From positions 1 through 64,000 of the forward strand of contig NW_019029019.1 in NCBI RefSeq assembly GCF_002105155.1: a stretch of 64,000 nt of DNA, in the 5' to 3' direction. Every line of letters begins with the position of its first letter. Within the stretch, counting starts at the first letter, position 1. The notes under the pieces are model-generated. The model worked only from the letters and a program-made list of their open reading frames with translations. It ran no database searches and was not told the DNA's origin. Shown piece after piece: positions 1 through 14,047 of the stretch. The DNA is from Lobosporangium transversale (lineage: Eukaryota). A program made the position numbers and the translations under genes.

Positions 1-305
1 AACGGCCTGGGTGTGAAAACCAGTGGTATGGAACAGGACAACAGGACAACAGGATCCTCGTCCACTTCCAACCGTGAGATCCCTACTTCAGCATCACCTT
101 CCTCCTCATTCTTTTCTTTGCCAAGCTCATTCTCGTTAGCATCGCTCTTGCCCTCTTCCGCTTCTTCTTCAGCCTCTACAGAAGGATCTGGATTCTTTTC
201 TGGAGTTGGCAGTGAAAGTGCAAGGGCTGCAACGGCTCCTAGTGCTGGTATTGGATCTACCAACATGAGTGAGATTGAGTCGCTGTTGCTTCGGTCCATG
301 CCCAT
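1..305 (-). CDS. Partial CDS running off the window edge; acidic, low-complexity N-terminus, function unknown
   Basis: Open minus-strand frame from ATG at 305 (MGMDRSNSDSISLMLVDPIPALGAVAAL...EAEEEAEEGKSDAKENE...). Coding-like GC content next to AT-rich upstream DNA. It could be an internal exon. Confidence 0.5.
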   Translation of the reverse strand, partial: MGMDRSNSDSISLMLVDPIPALGAVAALALSLPTPEKNPDPSVEAEEEAEEGKSDANENELGKEKNEEEGDAEVGISRLEVDEDPVVLLSCSIPLVFTPRP

Positions 306-812
306 GTTTGGCAACTTGGTCTCGAGGGATTAAGGAAACGAAAAAAAAAAAAAAAAAAAAAAAAAAATAGTATTGTTTATTTTTTATTTATTCTTTAGTG
401 CTCTGTTCTGTATAATATAGTTTTATCGACCTATCTATCCTCTTTGTATATAGTTTCTTTTATTTCTGGAATGAAAAAGTCGATGAAAATTGTCTTTGTT
501 TTTTTTTTTTTTTTTTTTTATTGTATGGACATGTTAAGGTTGTCAACTATCGATAGTTTTTTTTTTTTTATTTTTATTTTTTTTATTTTTTTTTTTTTTT
601 AGCAATGCAAAAATCAGTTTTTAAATAAGTTGTATCGGTTTTTCTTATTTTGAATATGTAAACACATTCATGTTTATTACTTACAATGGATAATGAATGC
701 TAAAAACTATGTAACTACATGTATATATACAATAGAGACCGAATTACTCTTCTTTTTTTTTTTTTTTTTTTTTTGCAAAAAAAAAAAAAAAAAAAAAAAA
801 ATGGGAATTGCT

Positions 813-3595
813 TTAAGGAGCCCAGGTCTCACGGTGGAAGTCTGCGGACCAGTCGGCTTTCTTGACTTGCTTCTCAATCATATCGACGAAGCCATCAGGA
901 CCACCTCCAAAGACAGAGACCAAGCCCTGACCCTTGGCCTTGGAACCAACACCGGCATCGACGAAGCCCTGGATGACCTTCTTGACATCAAGGCGGCCAC
1001 GGGAGTAGACGACATCACCCTCATCCCAGTTACCGTCCTCAGTGGCCAAGCGTTCGTCTTCAGTAGCAAAGTCAGGGTATGGCAAGCCCTTCTCAACATC
1101 CTTACCACGGCGGCTGAGCATGACACGGGCGGACCAGACAGCCAAGTAACCAATGATGGAGGCCACAACGATCTGGATCGTACCAGGGATCAAGGCATAG
1201 GTCCAGCGGCAGTTGGCACTAACATAGGTTCCACGAAGCTTGGTGGTTGGGCACCAGTTCGAAGGACCCTCCCAGGCAACAGTACGGGCGATGCACCAAC
1301 CAGCCAGAGGGACAAGGATGATAAAGGCAGTGACAGCAAGATCGAGCTTCGCCCACTTGGTCGCAACAGAGACAGAGTTGCGGGCCTGGAACGTAGGAAG
1401 GGGTTGGTCGTGGTAAGTCATGGCACGGGTAGGGGAAGTAGCAATAGGCTCATCAGCCTCAGCAGCCTTCTCGGCAGCAGCCAACTGAGCCTTTTCAGAG
1501 CTGGAGCCAGAAGCCTTGGTTGGTTCGGGTTCCTCAGTAATGACCTCAAGATTAACAACGGTGTGGACTGAGCCGGATCGACGGACAGAAGAGTCAGTGC
1601 TGCTGGCACCTGATTCGTCGGATGAGACAGCAGTCAGAGCAGATTCAGGAACAGGAGACTTTTCCTTCTCCCTTTCGTTCTCGGCCACAATCGTGCGACC
1701 GGAAAGAGCACGCTTCAATATGGTACCGGTACGCTTAAGGCTTGCGAAGCGCTTCTTCTTCTTCTCGGGTCTCTTATTCTTGAGAGTGACTTGGATATCA
1801 TTCTTGATCACATGTGCGTGTGCACCCATCAGGGTCTTGGGCTTATCAGGACGGGAGACATAGATCTCAACATGCAACCAGGAAGTGAAGCGAGGGTCAC
1901 GTGTGATCTGATGCAAGAACGAACCATAGGCGTGGAGCTCACTGCGGGTACGGAATGTGCAAATCAAGTGAAGTTGGGTGCGGAGAGGTTCATTTGAAGC
2001 AGCGATCTGGGCAGCGATGGCTTTGATCAAGGCCATAAAGGTTGTGATGGCAGCACCAGCAACAAAGATGATCATAGTCTCAGACTTGAGGTAGTCATGG
2101 CGGCGGTCACCAAAGACACCGTCGACATTCGCCCTGACGCGGATACGCTTATCCTCATTACCACAGAGACGAGCAAGTGCGTGGGTCCAGCTGAGTTTCG
2201 AGTCTTCGAAGGTACGGATGAACAAAGTCATGGAGTAAGGGTCCTCAGGCCAGTATGAGGCGATGGTGAAGGGATGGTAAAGAGTTCCGATCTGGGGGAT
2301 CTGAACTGCAATGTAATCGCCAGGGTAGTAGGGTTTCATGGGTTCGGGTGAAGTGAAGGTCAAGCGAATGATATCAGCATCAGCATTGAGGGAGCAAGTG
2401 GCCTCGGGCTCGACAGTGCGGGCCATCATCATCTTGGGGACGAAGCGATCGACCAAAAAGAGGACGATGGTGGGCAAGAGGTAGTACCAGAGCATGGGGC
2501 TGGGGTAGTGGGTCACCATGCCGACAAAGAAAACAGCGGTCATGAAACGATGCGAGCTCAAGAAAAGCAAGTAGCAGCGTCTACGGACCTGGGGGATTGC
2601 GCCAAGACCAAGAAAACAGACAGCGCCCTTTATGATATAGTATTACAAAAAGAATTGATGAAAAAAAAAAAAAAAAAAAAGATTAATATGTGGGCAGTAA
2701 TTTGGAGTGGCTGAGTAAACCAGGGGTGGGTGATCAAAAAGGGGGAAGTAGACTTACATAGGCGAACACACCCATCATATTCATAGTACCGCGATTGCGA
2801 TCATAAAAGTTGATGTCACTCTGGAGTTTGCCCTCGTTACCAAGGTAAGTGATGTATCCGATTGCGTGGATGGTGCTCCAGCCAACGATGGCAGCACCCA
2901 ACCATCTGTGAAGAGGGATGATTTCTGAGTAGGTGAAGCCAATGGCATGAAGCATAGAGCGACGGAGGACCAAGAACAAGATCATGCCGCAGCATGCAAC
3001 GATAGTATAGCCACTGGCATTACCAATCATACCTGTTCAATATGACAAGTGAGAAGGAATGTGAGTAAAAAAGGAAGGGCTTTAAATGCATGGGAAAAGG
3101 GTTCACAAGAGGGGGAAAAAAAAAAAAAAAAAAAAAAAACTTACGACCAACACCGCTAACCACTCCAAAGCGTGCAACCATGTTTCCGGTGCCATAGACC
3201 ATTGGGACGATGAAGAAGGTTAAATTCAGGAGCACAACAACAAGGACCATGATCCAGTACTTGACAGTGTAGCCCCACCAGATATGACGCTCCCAAAGGG
3301 AGATCTTTTGGTTGACAGAGGCAGGGGCAGTAACTTTGGCGATACTGTGTTGGAATTCACGCTCGGCGCGGTAGTAGTGACCCCAGATGGTGGCGAAATG
3401 GCCCAAAACTGAAGGAGCAATGCAAAGACCAAGTACATAGTAATCACGTTGGTTATAAAAGTAATTGGGACCGATCTTGGTGTGCCATGTCAATTCATAA
3501 TCAACAAAGTTGTAGCCAATTGGGATTAGGATACAGATGAGGATGAAGATAAAGAAGGGGTTGAGGAGATGGGGACGCTTGAATGTGAACGCCAT
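813..3595 (-). CDS. Ferric reductase / NOX-family transmembrane flavocytochrome, paralog 1 (3 exons: 3595-3145, 3032-2758, 2627-813)
   Basis: Heme-ligand His pairs (PLHRWLG..STIHA; SHRF..VTHYP), FAD motif HPFT, PGDY, VDGVFG, C-terminal FHRETW. GT-AG introns 3144-3033 and 2757-2628 join the three ORFs in frame. Confidence 0.9.
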
Positions 3596-4848
3596 GGTGT
3601 GGAAAGGAGACTATATCGGCGCCGATAGGGTAATGAAGAAAAGAGAAACGACGGCTGTAATTAGAGGAGACTAAAAAAGGTCAACACTGGCCGAGACAGA
3701 AAGGAAAAGTAAAAAAGAGAGAGATATAGAAAAGTAAAAGAGATTATGCGTATATGACGAGAGTGGACGAAGGATGATGAAAGGTAGAGGAGAGGAGATG
3801 AATGATAGAGGGTAAATGGTCAGAAGAGACTTTAGTCTTCAAGAGCCAATGTTGAGTGATGAGCTGGAATGAAGGATGGAGGAGGAGGGGGGGGGGGGGG
3901 GGGATGGTCAAGAAACGGAGGCCTTTTATATCAGATCATTGCAAGATGGATCGAGTTTATGAGGGTGGACAAGGTAAGGGCTGGGCCATACCCGATAATC
4001 CGTATCAACATAACAGGATCGAGCAAGGAGGAGACCGAAAACCCCGAGATACTCAGCAACGCGAATGACAGCGACGACAGAAGCAACAGGGACCAAAACA
4101 AAGAAGGAAAACAGATGGGGATGGATGGAGCATCATGAGATTGAAGGGAGAGCGAGGGTCCAATTGAATTGAGTATTGAATGATGATTCACAGACCATGG
4201 ACATGGTTTTTTTTCAATTGATTGTGCGTACTGATTAGTATATATATGTATATATATAATATAATATATGTATTATATATTTTCCTATCAACGACAGTTG
4301 CTTTCCCAAGAGAGTAAAGAGAGAGAGAGTAGTGAATGTCTAATTGAAAGATAAATGAATGGAGTGACGAAAGAGGAATGGAGGGACAGATTGTATGCAA
4401 GTGCGCGTGAGTAATGAGTAATCTACTGTAATCTGATGAATAGCTTTTTGAATTATTGAGTTGTAAGGACTGAATTACGCATCTCACCCTGAGATTAAGA
4501 GCAGTATGCATGCGAAAGAGAGAGTTAATAGAGATCATTGATCCTTGCCTTGCAACTATATAACAATTATAATATTAGATACATGTAAGTGTATAATATG
4601 AATGTAAACATCACAAAAGAGTGGTCTGAGTGAACTGTTTTATATATATATATAACTGTAACTGTTTATATTGTATATATATATATTGTATATAGGGGCA
4701 TTAGAATGCAATTGAATGAGTGCTGATATATAGATGTGTTTACATCGATGGATGTTGATGCTGATTTCTTTTTTATTGATGCCACGATGTGCAATGATAT
4801 AAATTAAGGTTCACATTCAACATTCAATTGAATTGACATTTTATTCTG

Positions 4849-4930
4849 CATTTACATTTACATTTACATTTACATTTACATTTACATTTACATTTACATT
4901 TACATTTACATTTACATTTACATTTACATT
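4849..4930. repeat. (CATTTA)n hexanucleotide microsatellite, about 13 copies
   Basis: Directly visible tandem run. Confidence 0.95.
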
Positions 4931-6220
4931 TTAGATAGACAGAATATATACATTTATACATTTGCATTTACTTATATTTATTAAAAAGTCCTTAAAATAT
5001 AAAATATATATATATATATATATATATCGTTTCTCTCTTTTTGGCTCGAGTGTTCTCAATCGCTTGATCGTGTCCGGAGGTGTCCGTGACCCGAAGGGCC
5101 CAGGCTCAGTTTTTTTTTTTTTTTTTTTTTTTTTTCTTATTCTCTCGATGAAATCTTTTCACTTTTACTTTACTCCAATCCCCTACTGTCTGCCCTTAAC
5201 CACCCGCTCTCTTTTTAGTTTTCATCTTTTTTGTCCGCCCTCCTCCCCTGGCTGGTAGCTAAAAGAGTCCGGTTGCATCATCTAAAGTTCATTGAGTTGA
5301 CTTTACAAAGTTCATTATCAAATCCATACGTTATGATAGGATAGCTAATGGGCCAATGATGAGGTAGTAAGGAAGGATTGAAGGTGGGAATGCACATGTA
5401 GGGGTAAGGGGACAGAGAACAGAGAGTGACTGACTTCTAATTCAGTTTACTGTTCATGTAAAGTAAGAAATAAGAAAAAATAAAAAATAAAAAAAAAAAA
5501 AAAAAAAGATTACATATGTGGTTCTGGAGTGTGTCTCTAAATGACAAATATGGGATGAGCATTGACAGACACGGGTATTGATGTGCCTGTGGACAATGCT
5601 TTTTCTTTTTTCAATGGTCAAAATAAAAAATAAAAATTTTTTTTGCGCGTGTTAAAGCGAAGAGAAAAAAAAAATCTTTTGAAACTGATCCAATGAGATG
5701 AGAGAATGAGTAATATCAGATCCTGAATGGCCTTTCCAAATTCGACCTTTTTGTGTTATCAGATGGAAACAAACATGGACACACATACCCCCAATGCTCA
5801 TTTTTTTTTTTATTTCCCTCAACGGGACACATGTATACACACACACATCTTTTTTTAATGACCCCGGGGCAAGAAGGAAAAAAAATAAATAAATAAATAA
5901 TAAGGTACACACCAGAGTAGTGGACTTTGAATCATCTCTTTTTTCATTTTCGTAGGACAAAAGAGTAATAAAGACAAGCATATACACTTTTATGTACAAA
6001 TCGCTCACTCTTTCACTCCTCTTACATTTCTCTCTTTCTTTTTACTTGGATTGAGCGTCTAGGTTAAATAAAACGCACTGACTTTTAAAAAATAAAATAG
6101 TTCAGTCATATCCCTAACCTAGCCTAGCCTAGTCTAGCCTTTACACCCGACCGATCAGAAAAAAAAAAAAAAAAAAAAAAGGTTCGTTTAAGCATGGATC
6201 GGGCGGTCTGGCCTGGCTTT

Positions 6221-6251
<31 letters not shown>

Positions 6252-7396
6252 CGTATTTAGTCACAATTGGCGCGTGGAACCCTTTTTCGGGTACCTGCTC
6301 CCTATGCGGAAATCGAAAACATTCACAGGCGACCCGGTCAATCAGTCCCCTCTCCTCCTCCTTTTGGTTGATAAAAAATTTTCTTTCAGATAGAAAAAAA
6401 AAAAAAAAAAATCTGATAAGGGATAAAAGGTAAACCTTTTTTTAATTCATGGTCGGGCTGCCATTGGGTTAAAGAGAGCCATTGTTTTCCCCGATCGCTC
6501 TTTTTTTTTTTTTTTTTCTTTTTTCTTTTCTCTACTTCTTTGGACTCGATAGTTCTCGAGCATCTTCTTGTTGCTCTCTGAAATAAAGAAATAAAGAAAC
6601 AAAGAAAAGTTTTTTTCTGATCTGATAAAAAAAAAAAGAAAAAAAAAAAAAACGGCAGAGCCGCATCTGCGAAAAAAAAAAAAAAAAAAAAAAAGCCTAG
6701 CCTCCAACCTAATGCAAGTTCTTTATTTTTTTTTTTTTCATTGTTTGTGCTGTCATCACTTCCTTCTTCTTCTTTTGCTCTGGCTGAGATATATACCTTT
6801 ATGGTTTTAGGTAGTGAAAACAGATCGAAGCGAAACGACAAGCGATCCGAAAAGATAAGGCAAGCCCTAGCGAGCTTTAACATTAAATTATTATTATTAT
6901 TATTATTTTATACATGTATAAATTTTCTCAAGGTTGAGCGGAGAGAAAGAAAAGGTTAGAACAAGGCGGAGGTGTAAATGCAATGATGATGTTAATGGTG
7001 ATGATGTTAATAATGCAAGGTTGTGGATACGTCCGTTTTAGATGAACTGCACTCAAAAGGTCTCTGTCTAGTATAGGTCCCATCTCTCTCCATCTGATAC
7101 ATTGTATAGAGCATCTATGAAACGGATCCCTCTTTTCCCCATCCTTTATGCATTAATTTTTTTTTTAGTCTTTGCATCGTTAATAGAAGATAGCAAAGAT
7201 ATATAGCAAACCAAGTTTTCTTTTATTTAACGAGTGTGTATGTGTGTGTGTGTGTGTGTGCGTGTTTTTTTTTTTGTTATTCGCACAGCATATCTGAGTT
7301 TCTGAACGGTCCTACACACAAGTCCATATCGCATCTTTTTCTTAAAAAGTACTTTTTTTTCCGTATACGATTAGAGGAGGAGAGATATTCAGCCCA

Positions 7397-7434
<38 letters not shown>

Positions 7435-9492
7435 CTTCTCTTTCCCTTCCATCTATGTTTTTGAATTCTTGGAAGAAAACAAGAAAACAAGAAAAACAAA
7501 ACAAATGATCGCAACTTTCTTAAACTGTTTAAGCTAGTCGCATATTACCTATACACGTACATGTACAAAGGGATATTGCGAACACAAAGGAAATCTACTA
7601 TTATTCCATCTTTTTTTTTTTTTTTTTTTTTTTTGTTTTTTTTGTTTTGACAGAAGCCTAGAACGTGTTTTTTTCTATTTCCTATTTTGTATCTATTCTG
7701 TTCTAATAAGGGATCTTCTTTCCCCTTCAAATCTCGGAATCCCACAGTTGGAGGCTGCAGGGTACAGATGCATGGTAGCACAGCATAGACCGACTCTATG
7801 CAGCTCATGTACATGTATATATATACTGTATAATGTCATGTATATTATACACGAACATCTCCCCTTTCCCCCGCCCTTTTTTTTTTTTTTTTTTTTTTTT
7901 TCTTTTTTCTTTACACGTAATGTAGATGAACATTTTACTGTTCTATTTTATAATGTAAAATAAAAATAAAAAATAAAAAATAAAAAATATATATATATAA
8001 AAATGAAAAAGAAATAGATCGGACCACAAGGACATTGGTGTAATTATATATGTACTTGCTATTTAGTTGATGAGATCGTTGGTTCGGACGCAGGATCTGA
8101 CTTTGGTCAACTTTTATTTATTCGTAACTCGTAACTCGTAACTCGGAATGAGGAAAAAAGAAAAAAGAAAAAAAAAAAAAGATGTGTTCTATAGTTACAC
8201 ATCCATCTCTCTAGGCAATGTATTATATAGACGCGAAAGGACAGTTGATAGTGTATATATATATATAATATGTAAAAGATAATAGATTTTGGTAGACGTG
8301 TAAACCTGTATCTTGTTCTTTTATTGAATATATATAATATATACTTTAAAAATTACACTTTGGAAGGATAGAGAGACCCGAATCTATCGAAAAGAATAAA
8401 ACTGATAGATCATGCAATTTAAAAAAAAAAAAAAAAAAAGAAAAAGAAAAAGTCGATACTTTTTATATGTATTATAAATCGACTAATGTTGCATATAGCA
8501 CATAAACAAGACGCGACTCTAGTTGCTCTAGAAATCCGTAAACTTGAGACTTTCTAGGGCCTTCGTAGGCTATGATCACGTTTTTTTTATTTTTTATTTT
8601 CATCCGACATAGGATTGGTCCAAGAGAGAGAGAGATCACTCTGTCGTAGTAAAAGCGTAGATGTGTAGAAAACAAAACAAATGCAAATGCAAAAGCAAAA
8701 AAAAAAGAGAACTTGAATAACATAGCATAGTATATACAAATATATACTACATGTTATCTATTTTATCTATATATGTATGCTCCATAGTCATGCCTTGTCC
8801 TTCACAGGCCTAGATTGGCTTCTTTTTTTTTTTTATGTGGCATTTAATATTTGGTATTAAGGATATAAAACTAAGATATAGGATGTTTACACTCCTCGTA
8901 AGTGGTTATCCATAAACTGATCAAAAAGTCGATAACAATGTTTGAACTATATATATATACTAATATATAATAATGTATAATAACAATGATAATATATAAT
9001 AATAAGCAGATATGCAATTTCTCCAACAAAGACGTGTTTTTTGGAGACAGCTGACTTGAGTCGAGTTATCTATGACAAACATTGTCCAAAAAGAAAAAAA
9101 AAGAAAAACATGTAATAATGATCTAGAGCCATTCTATGCTCCTTTTGCTTTACCAATTGCAATTGCATAGAACGTCTTTGTTACTTGTGGCACGGATCGA
9201 CAATTTATTTTTTTTAAAAAAAAAGGAAGGGAGAAAGGAAAGGAAGAAAGGGAGAAAAAAAAAAAAAAAAAAAAAAAAAAGCCAAAGAATGAATCGAGTA
9301 TGCACTCTAAGATTCTAGAACAGGACAATGAGCGAGTAGACCATTGTCAATCGATCATAAAGTTATCGATCACGCCGCGCTATTGCTTTTTTTTTTTTTT
9401 TTTACCTCGTGTTTATGGCCTTACTTTTTTTTTATTTTTTTTTTACGCAAGATGACAAAACTGTGTTCTAATTCAATAAGGGTCCTCTTTAG

Positions 9493-9526
<34 letters not shown>

Positions 9527-9611
9527 CATGTCCGTGGAATGAAGGGAGCAAATAAAAAAAAGGTTTTTGGGGTGTATGTGTATGTGTAAAAAGGAGAATA
9601 GTAATAACAAG

Positions 9612-9643
<32 letters not shown>

Positions 9644-11073
9644 TTGTGGATAATCGGATAAGGATGGATTAGTTCGCCAATGACGCGTCGCGATTTCTTT
9701 TGATGACATTTCATTCATGCATGTGCAGCCCATTATCAGCTCATTGATATCGATGAGACGGTGGGACAAAAAACAAAAAGAAAAAAAAAAAAAAAAAAAA
9801 AAAGAAAAACGAGAACAAAGGAGAGAGAGAGAGAGAGAGGAGGAAGAGGAGAATTAGCTTTGTGAGCCCTGGCGTCCATTTTATGGCGCTGCGTTCAGCA
9901 GCTTTTACTTTGGATGTTCTGTAGTACTTGATTACATGCTATTCTGCATCGATGTGCGAATATGTGCGTAAATATATTATCAATCTGTGTCTCTCTCTCT
10001 CTCTCTCTTTCTCTTTCTTCTTTTTTTTTTTTTTTTGTTCTGGCTGTTTCTATGCATGATACAAAATAAAAGACGTAAAAGGAATGTATGTCTGTATGTC
10101 TGTATAGTTGTATATTACATTATACGCAAACATTCGTTCGTGTCAAAAGATGAACGATCAAGGTTATCTTCTGCGCCTTAACCCTTGTTTCCTATGGGTC
10201 GGATGCTTTTTGTTCATGATGATCATATGGATTACATATTACGTTTGATTTGTCAATTGTCTGTCTCCTTTGTTGTTGTTGTTGTTTTTTTTATTGTTAT
10301 TATTATCTTTTTTTTTTTTTTTTCAGCTGTGTCTTTTGTCTTTCCAGGTTAACGGCGCAGGTCGTATGATAAATTGAAGTGTAATTGGCAGAGAGAATTA
10401 AGGATGTTGGTGTATCATGTACTTTGTAGTCATCATTGCATTATAGTGCTCTATTGCTTTCTTCTTGTCCTTCCTATTGCTTCGATTGCAAAGTTGTTAC
10501 GTTGGAGAATATAGAGGAAAAGAAAATAAATGCAGACGCGTACTATATGATTCTTTCTTTTCTTCTAGCTAAAATTCCCTGCCGAAATAATTCGTTTCTT
10601 TTTTTTTAATTTCTACACAAACGACTATACACCTGCATAGCATACAAGGATAATGCATTCTCCTAGGGATCTGCTCCTTTCCTTGACTCTTAATTGCGTT
10701 AATGGCAATAAACTCAAATCTGATATCTCTTTGGTATACACAATATATATATTCAATAAAAAGTATTCAAATGTATATAAATGTATATATTGTTTATTGT
10801 TGTTGTATTGAGAACTTGTAACTTGTACTGCGACTAAAGTACCTATCCTGTACATGCGCATCTTTTTTTTTTGTTTTTTCCATGTCCATGCCTTTTTTCT
10901 TTTTTAGACATCATGCTTTCCAAACATGGTACATATCAGATCATGACCTAGACGGTTGTGGTATTTATTCGTACATGTAAAAAAAAAAAAAAAACCACAT
11001 GCATGAGTTTACTGGATGACTTTTTTTTTTTTTTTTTGGCCTTGCCAAAAAAGTAGCACCATCTCCGAACTGA

Positions 11074-11104
<31 letters not shown>

Positions 11105-11166
11105 GTTTCTTCACATCCTCTGCTTTTTCTTTTTTGTTTTCTGTACCCACAAAGCCGAATGCATCT

Positions 11167-11250
11167 TCATCTGATATTTCTCATCTGATATTTCTCATCT
11201 GATATTTCTCATCTGATATTTCCCATCTGATATTTCTCATCTGATATTTC
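11167..11250. repeat. 14-bp tandem repeat (TCATCTGATATTTC) x6, one GATA motif per unit
   Basis: ATCTGATA at 11169, 11183, 11197, 11211, 11225, 11239. Confidence 0.95.
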
Positions 11251-11947
11251 ATTTCTCTGTAGTTATATATTAATCTATACCTTTGTAAAGGAACTGAATA
11301 ATAATAATAATAGTAATAAAAAATATTTTATCCTTCACTGTTTTAGTTTCCAGACCTATCTTTTGCCCGCTATTTTGCTTTCTTTTTTTCGTCCGACGAG
11401 TTGAAAGGAATCCTCCAACTCAGCTTGCATTGAACTATAATGAATATCCCACGCCTCATAGAGCAAAAAAAAGAATGAAAGAAAGAAAGAAAGAAAGAAG
11501 AAAGAAAAGAAGAGAAAGGAAAGGTATTAGAAGAAGATGCAGAGTGGATGCATTGCTGCTTCATTCCTTTCATCTGATAATGTATATAATACATGGATGG
11601 CATCCATTGGTGCTAAATAACTGTGCTACCCGCATCGCGCCATTTTTCTTTATTGTTGTTGACAACAAAGAAATCCTTGGCTAGTATATATATACTTATT
11701 ATTATTAAGGCCAGTTGGTCATTACTAATAGAAAACATATTATATATATAATATATTATGTTATATATACATCTTGTTCGGAAAATGATGAACTAATATG
11801 GCTCTTGACTCTTGGCTCTCGACGCCCGGTGCATTCGCGACATGCGCGAATAATGAGATGGAAAAACAATGATGCAGGTGCTATGCCCATGTTTTTTTTT
11901 TTTTTTTTTTTTTTAATGGTCCTTTTTTGGATTCGGAAATCCGAGAT

Positions 11948-11980
<33 letters not shown>

Positions 11981-12874
11981 CTTTTCCTTACTATTGGTCT
12001 ATATTGCAAAAAAAAAAAAAAAAAAAAAAAACGATCGGAAGCGTCATTGTACAGCAGCAATGAGTATACTTTATGAGTATATAGTATGAGTAGATGAATT
12101 GCATTTATATTTGTATACTGGTGTATTACAATAACCGGCTGTAACCAAGAAGTAGAGTCCAATATGTATTACAGATGTATAGTATATATATATAACAATA
12201 AAATATAAATGCGTAAGGAGCTAAAATGTCCACGGCTCATTTTTCGAGAAAAAAAAAAAAAAAAAAAAAAAAAAACGTACACGGATGTGTGTGTGTGGCA
12301 TGAGTACAAATAACAACAATGCAGCATGCAGGTGTTGTTGATGTTGGCCTCGGAGATGAAATACATATTGAAAAGGATTTTTTTTACAATAGTGTTTGTG
12401 TTATACTCTGTGTATAGAAAATGTTTAGAGACTTTCTTTATGCTAATGGAGATGGCGCATCTAGATTGAGTCGAACTTCAGTCTACTGTACCTTTCGGGG
12501 AAAGGGGGAGAAGGTTTAGGAACGCCTTTTCCAGCATCTGCATCGGACTCATCTTTCCTTTTTCGAAAAAGAAAAAAAAAACCACTTTAACAACCTAATC
12601 AACTTAAACAACCTAAACAACCTAAACAAGATAAGGACATGGTAATGTTTACTCTGTCCCAAAGAAGACCGAAATCTGTTTTTTTTTGGCGTAATTCGTC
12701 TCTTTGACCCTAAGAAGAGATAAGAGCTCCCTTATTTGTCAATGAAGATAACCACGTTTTCAAAGATTGTGGTCTAGTATTTATTCTAGCACTATAGGAA
12801 TTATAGTAAGAAAGTAATACGCGTATCAAATGTTTTTATTTTTTATTTTTTTTAATCCGCCCTAGTCGTGGTCT

Positions 12875-13572
12875 CTAGGCTTGATCTTGCTCTGTTCTCG
12901 CGTCTTCAGGCACACATTTGTTCCATATGCACGATGGTATTAATCGACTCCACATTCTAATGAGCAGGTTCTCGAAATAGGGTCTTCTGCATACGATCGA
13001 TGATATAAGAAGGAGCATGCAGCTGTACAGTGGCAGTGTAAGGACAACATAGGCAATTCTGAACGACCATGGTCCTTGGCCTAAGGATCCTGTCAGTCCT
13101 AATGCCTTCATCAAAGGCTTAACAACCAACATGGTAGATGACCCTGTAACTGAAAACACGATCTAAATATTGAGACGTGGGAAGAAGAAGAAGAAGAAGA
13201 AGAAGAAGAAGAAGAAGAGGAAGAGGAAGAAAGAGGAAAAAAAAAAAAAAGTGAAGGGGAATTAGGATTAATGAGCGCAATAAAGTAAAAATGCCTTTAT
13301 AACTTTTTCTTTCCTTTTGAGATTCTTCTTACAAAGATAATAATCCATTCTATCCACCAGTTGGCACTGAATCGATAACGGACCATGGCACGATGGTGCT
13401 GTAGACGCTCGTCCCTCGGCTTGGGAGCATGGGTAGCAGTACCAGGGGTGACTCTAGGACCATCTTGATCATGAATATTCACAATAGTTGCAGTAGGAGC
13501 AGCATGGTTTACATCATGTCCCTGTTGTGGCTGCAGAAGGGGTTCAGCTTCTTGTCTAGTTGCTTGCGACAT
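12875..13572 (-). CDS. Small membrane protein, DUF6787-like (2 exons: 13572-13333, 13162-12875)
   Basis: GT-AG intron 13332-13163 joins ...WIIIF|IVFSVTGSSTMLVVKPLMKALGL...FRIAYVVLTLPLYSCMLLLI...YF...RMWSRL. This resembles the DUF6787 pattern as I recall it. Confidence 0.7.
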
Positions 13573-14013
13573 TTTGTTTTTTTTTTTTTTGAATTAGATT
13601 CTAGCAATGGTGATGAGCAGGTGAGGGTGTGAATGTGAACTGTGCACATCATGCAGTTACTCACACTAACAGTGTACATGTCCCATCTGCAATAAAGAAA
13701 AAAAAAAATTGAAACGTGACACGTTTGGTTTTTCCCAATCGCGCGTTTTTTTTAAATTTGAAATTTCGATCTGATAAAGCATTCTAGGGGGGAGGAAGGG
13801 AAATGACGGAGAGAAGCGGAAAGGAGAAACTTTTTTGCTCAGTGCTCATCTCTGAGCAAAAAGATCGGTCCATTTAAACTCGTAACTAATCGGTCCAAAT
13901 GCAACAAGAAAAAAAAAGGGCAAATGTATATATTCATGTATACATGTACTTTCCATCTCTCTTTTTCTCTCTTTTCTTTTGAAGATCCCTTGGATAGCTT
14001 TATTAATTATATA

Positions 14014-14047
<34 letters not shown>

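Noticed and set aside
693..1571. 292-aa plus-strand ORF and similar overlapping ORFs
   Set aside because: Antisense shadows of the ferric reductase and of other real genes.
6111..6140. CCTAA/CCTAG short repeats (also about 12592-12630) as telomere-like or transposon-end repeats
   Set aside because: Too short and degenerate; no matching terminus or target duplication.
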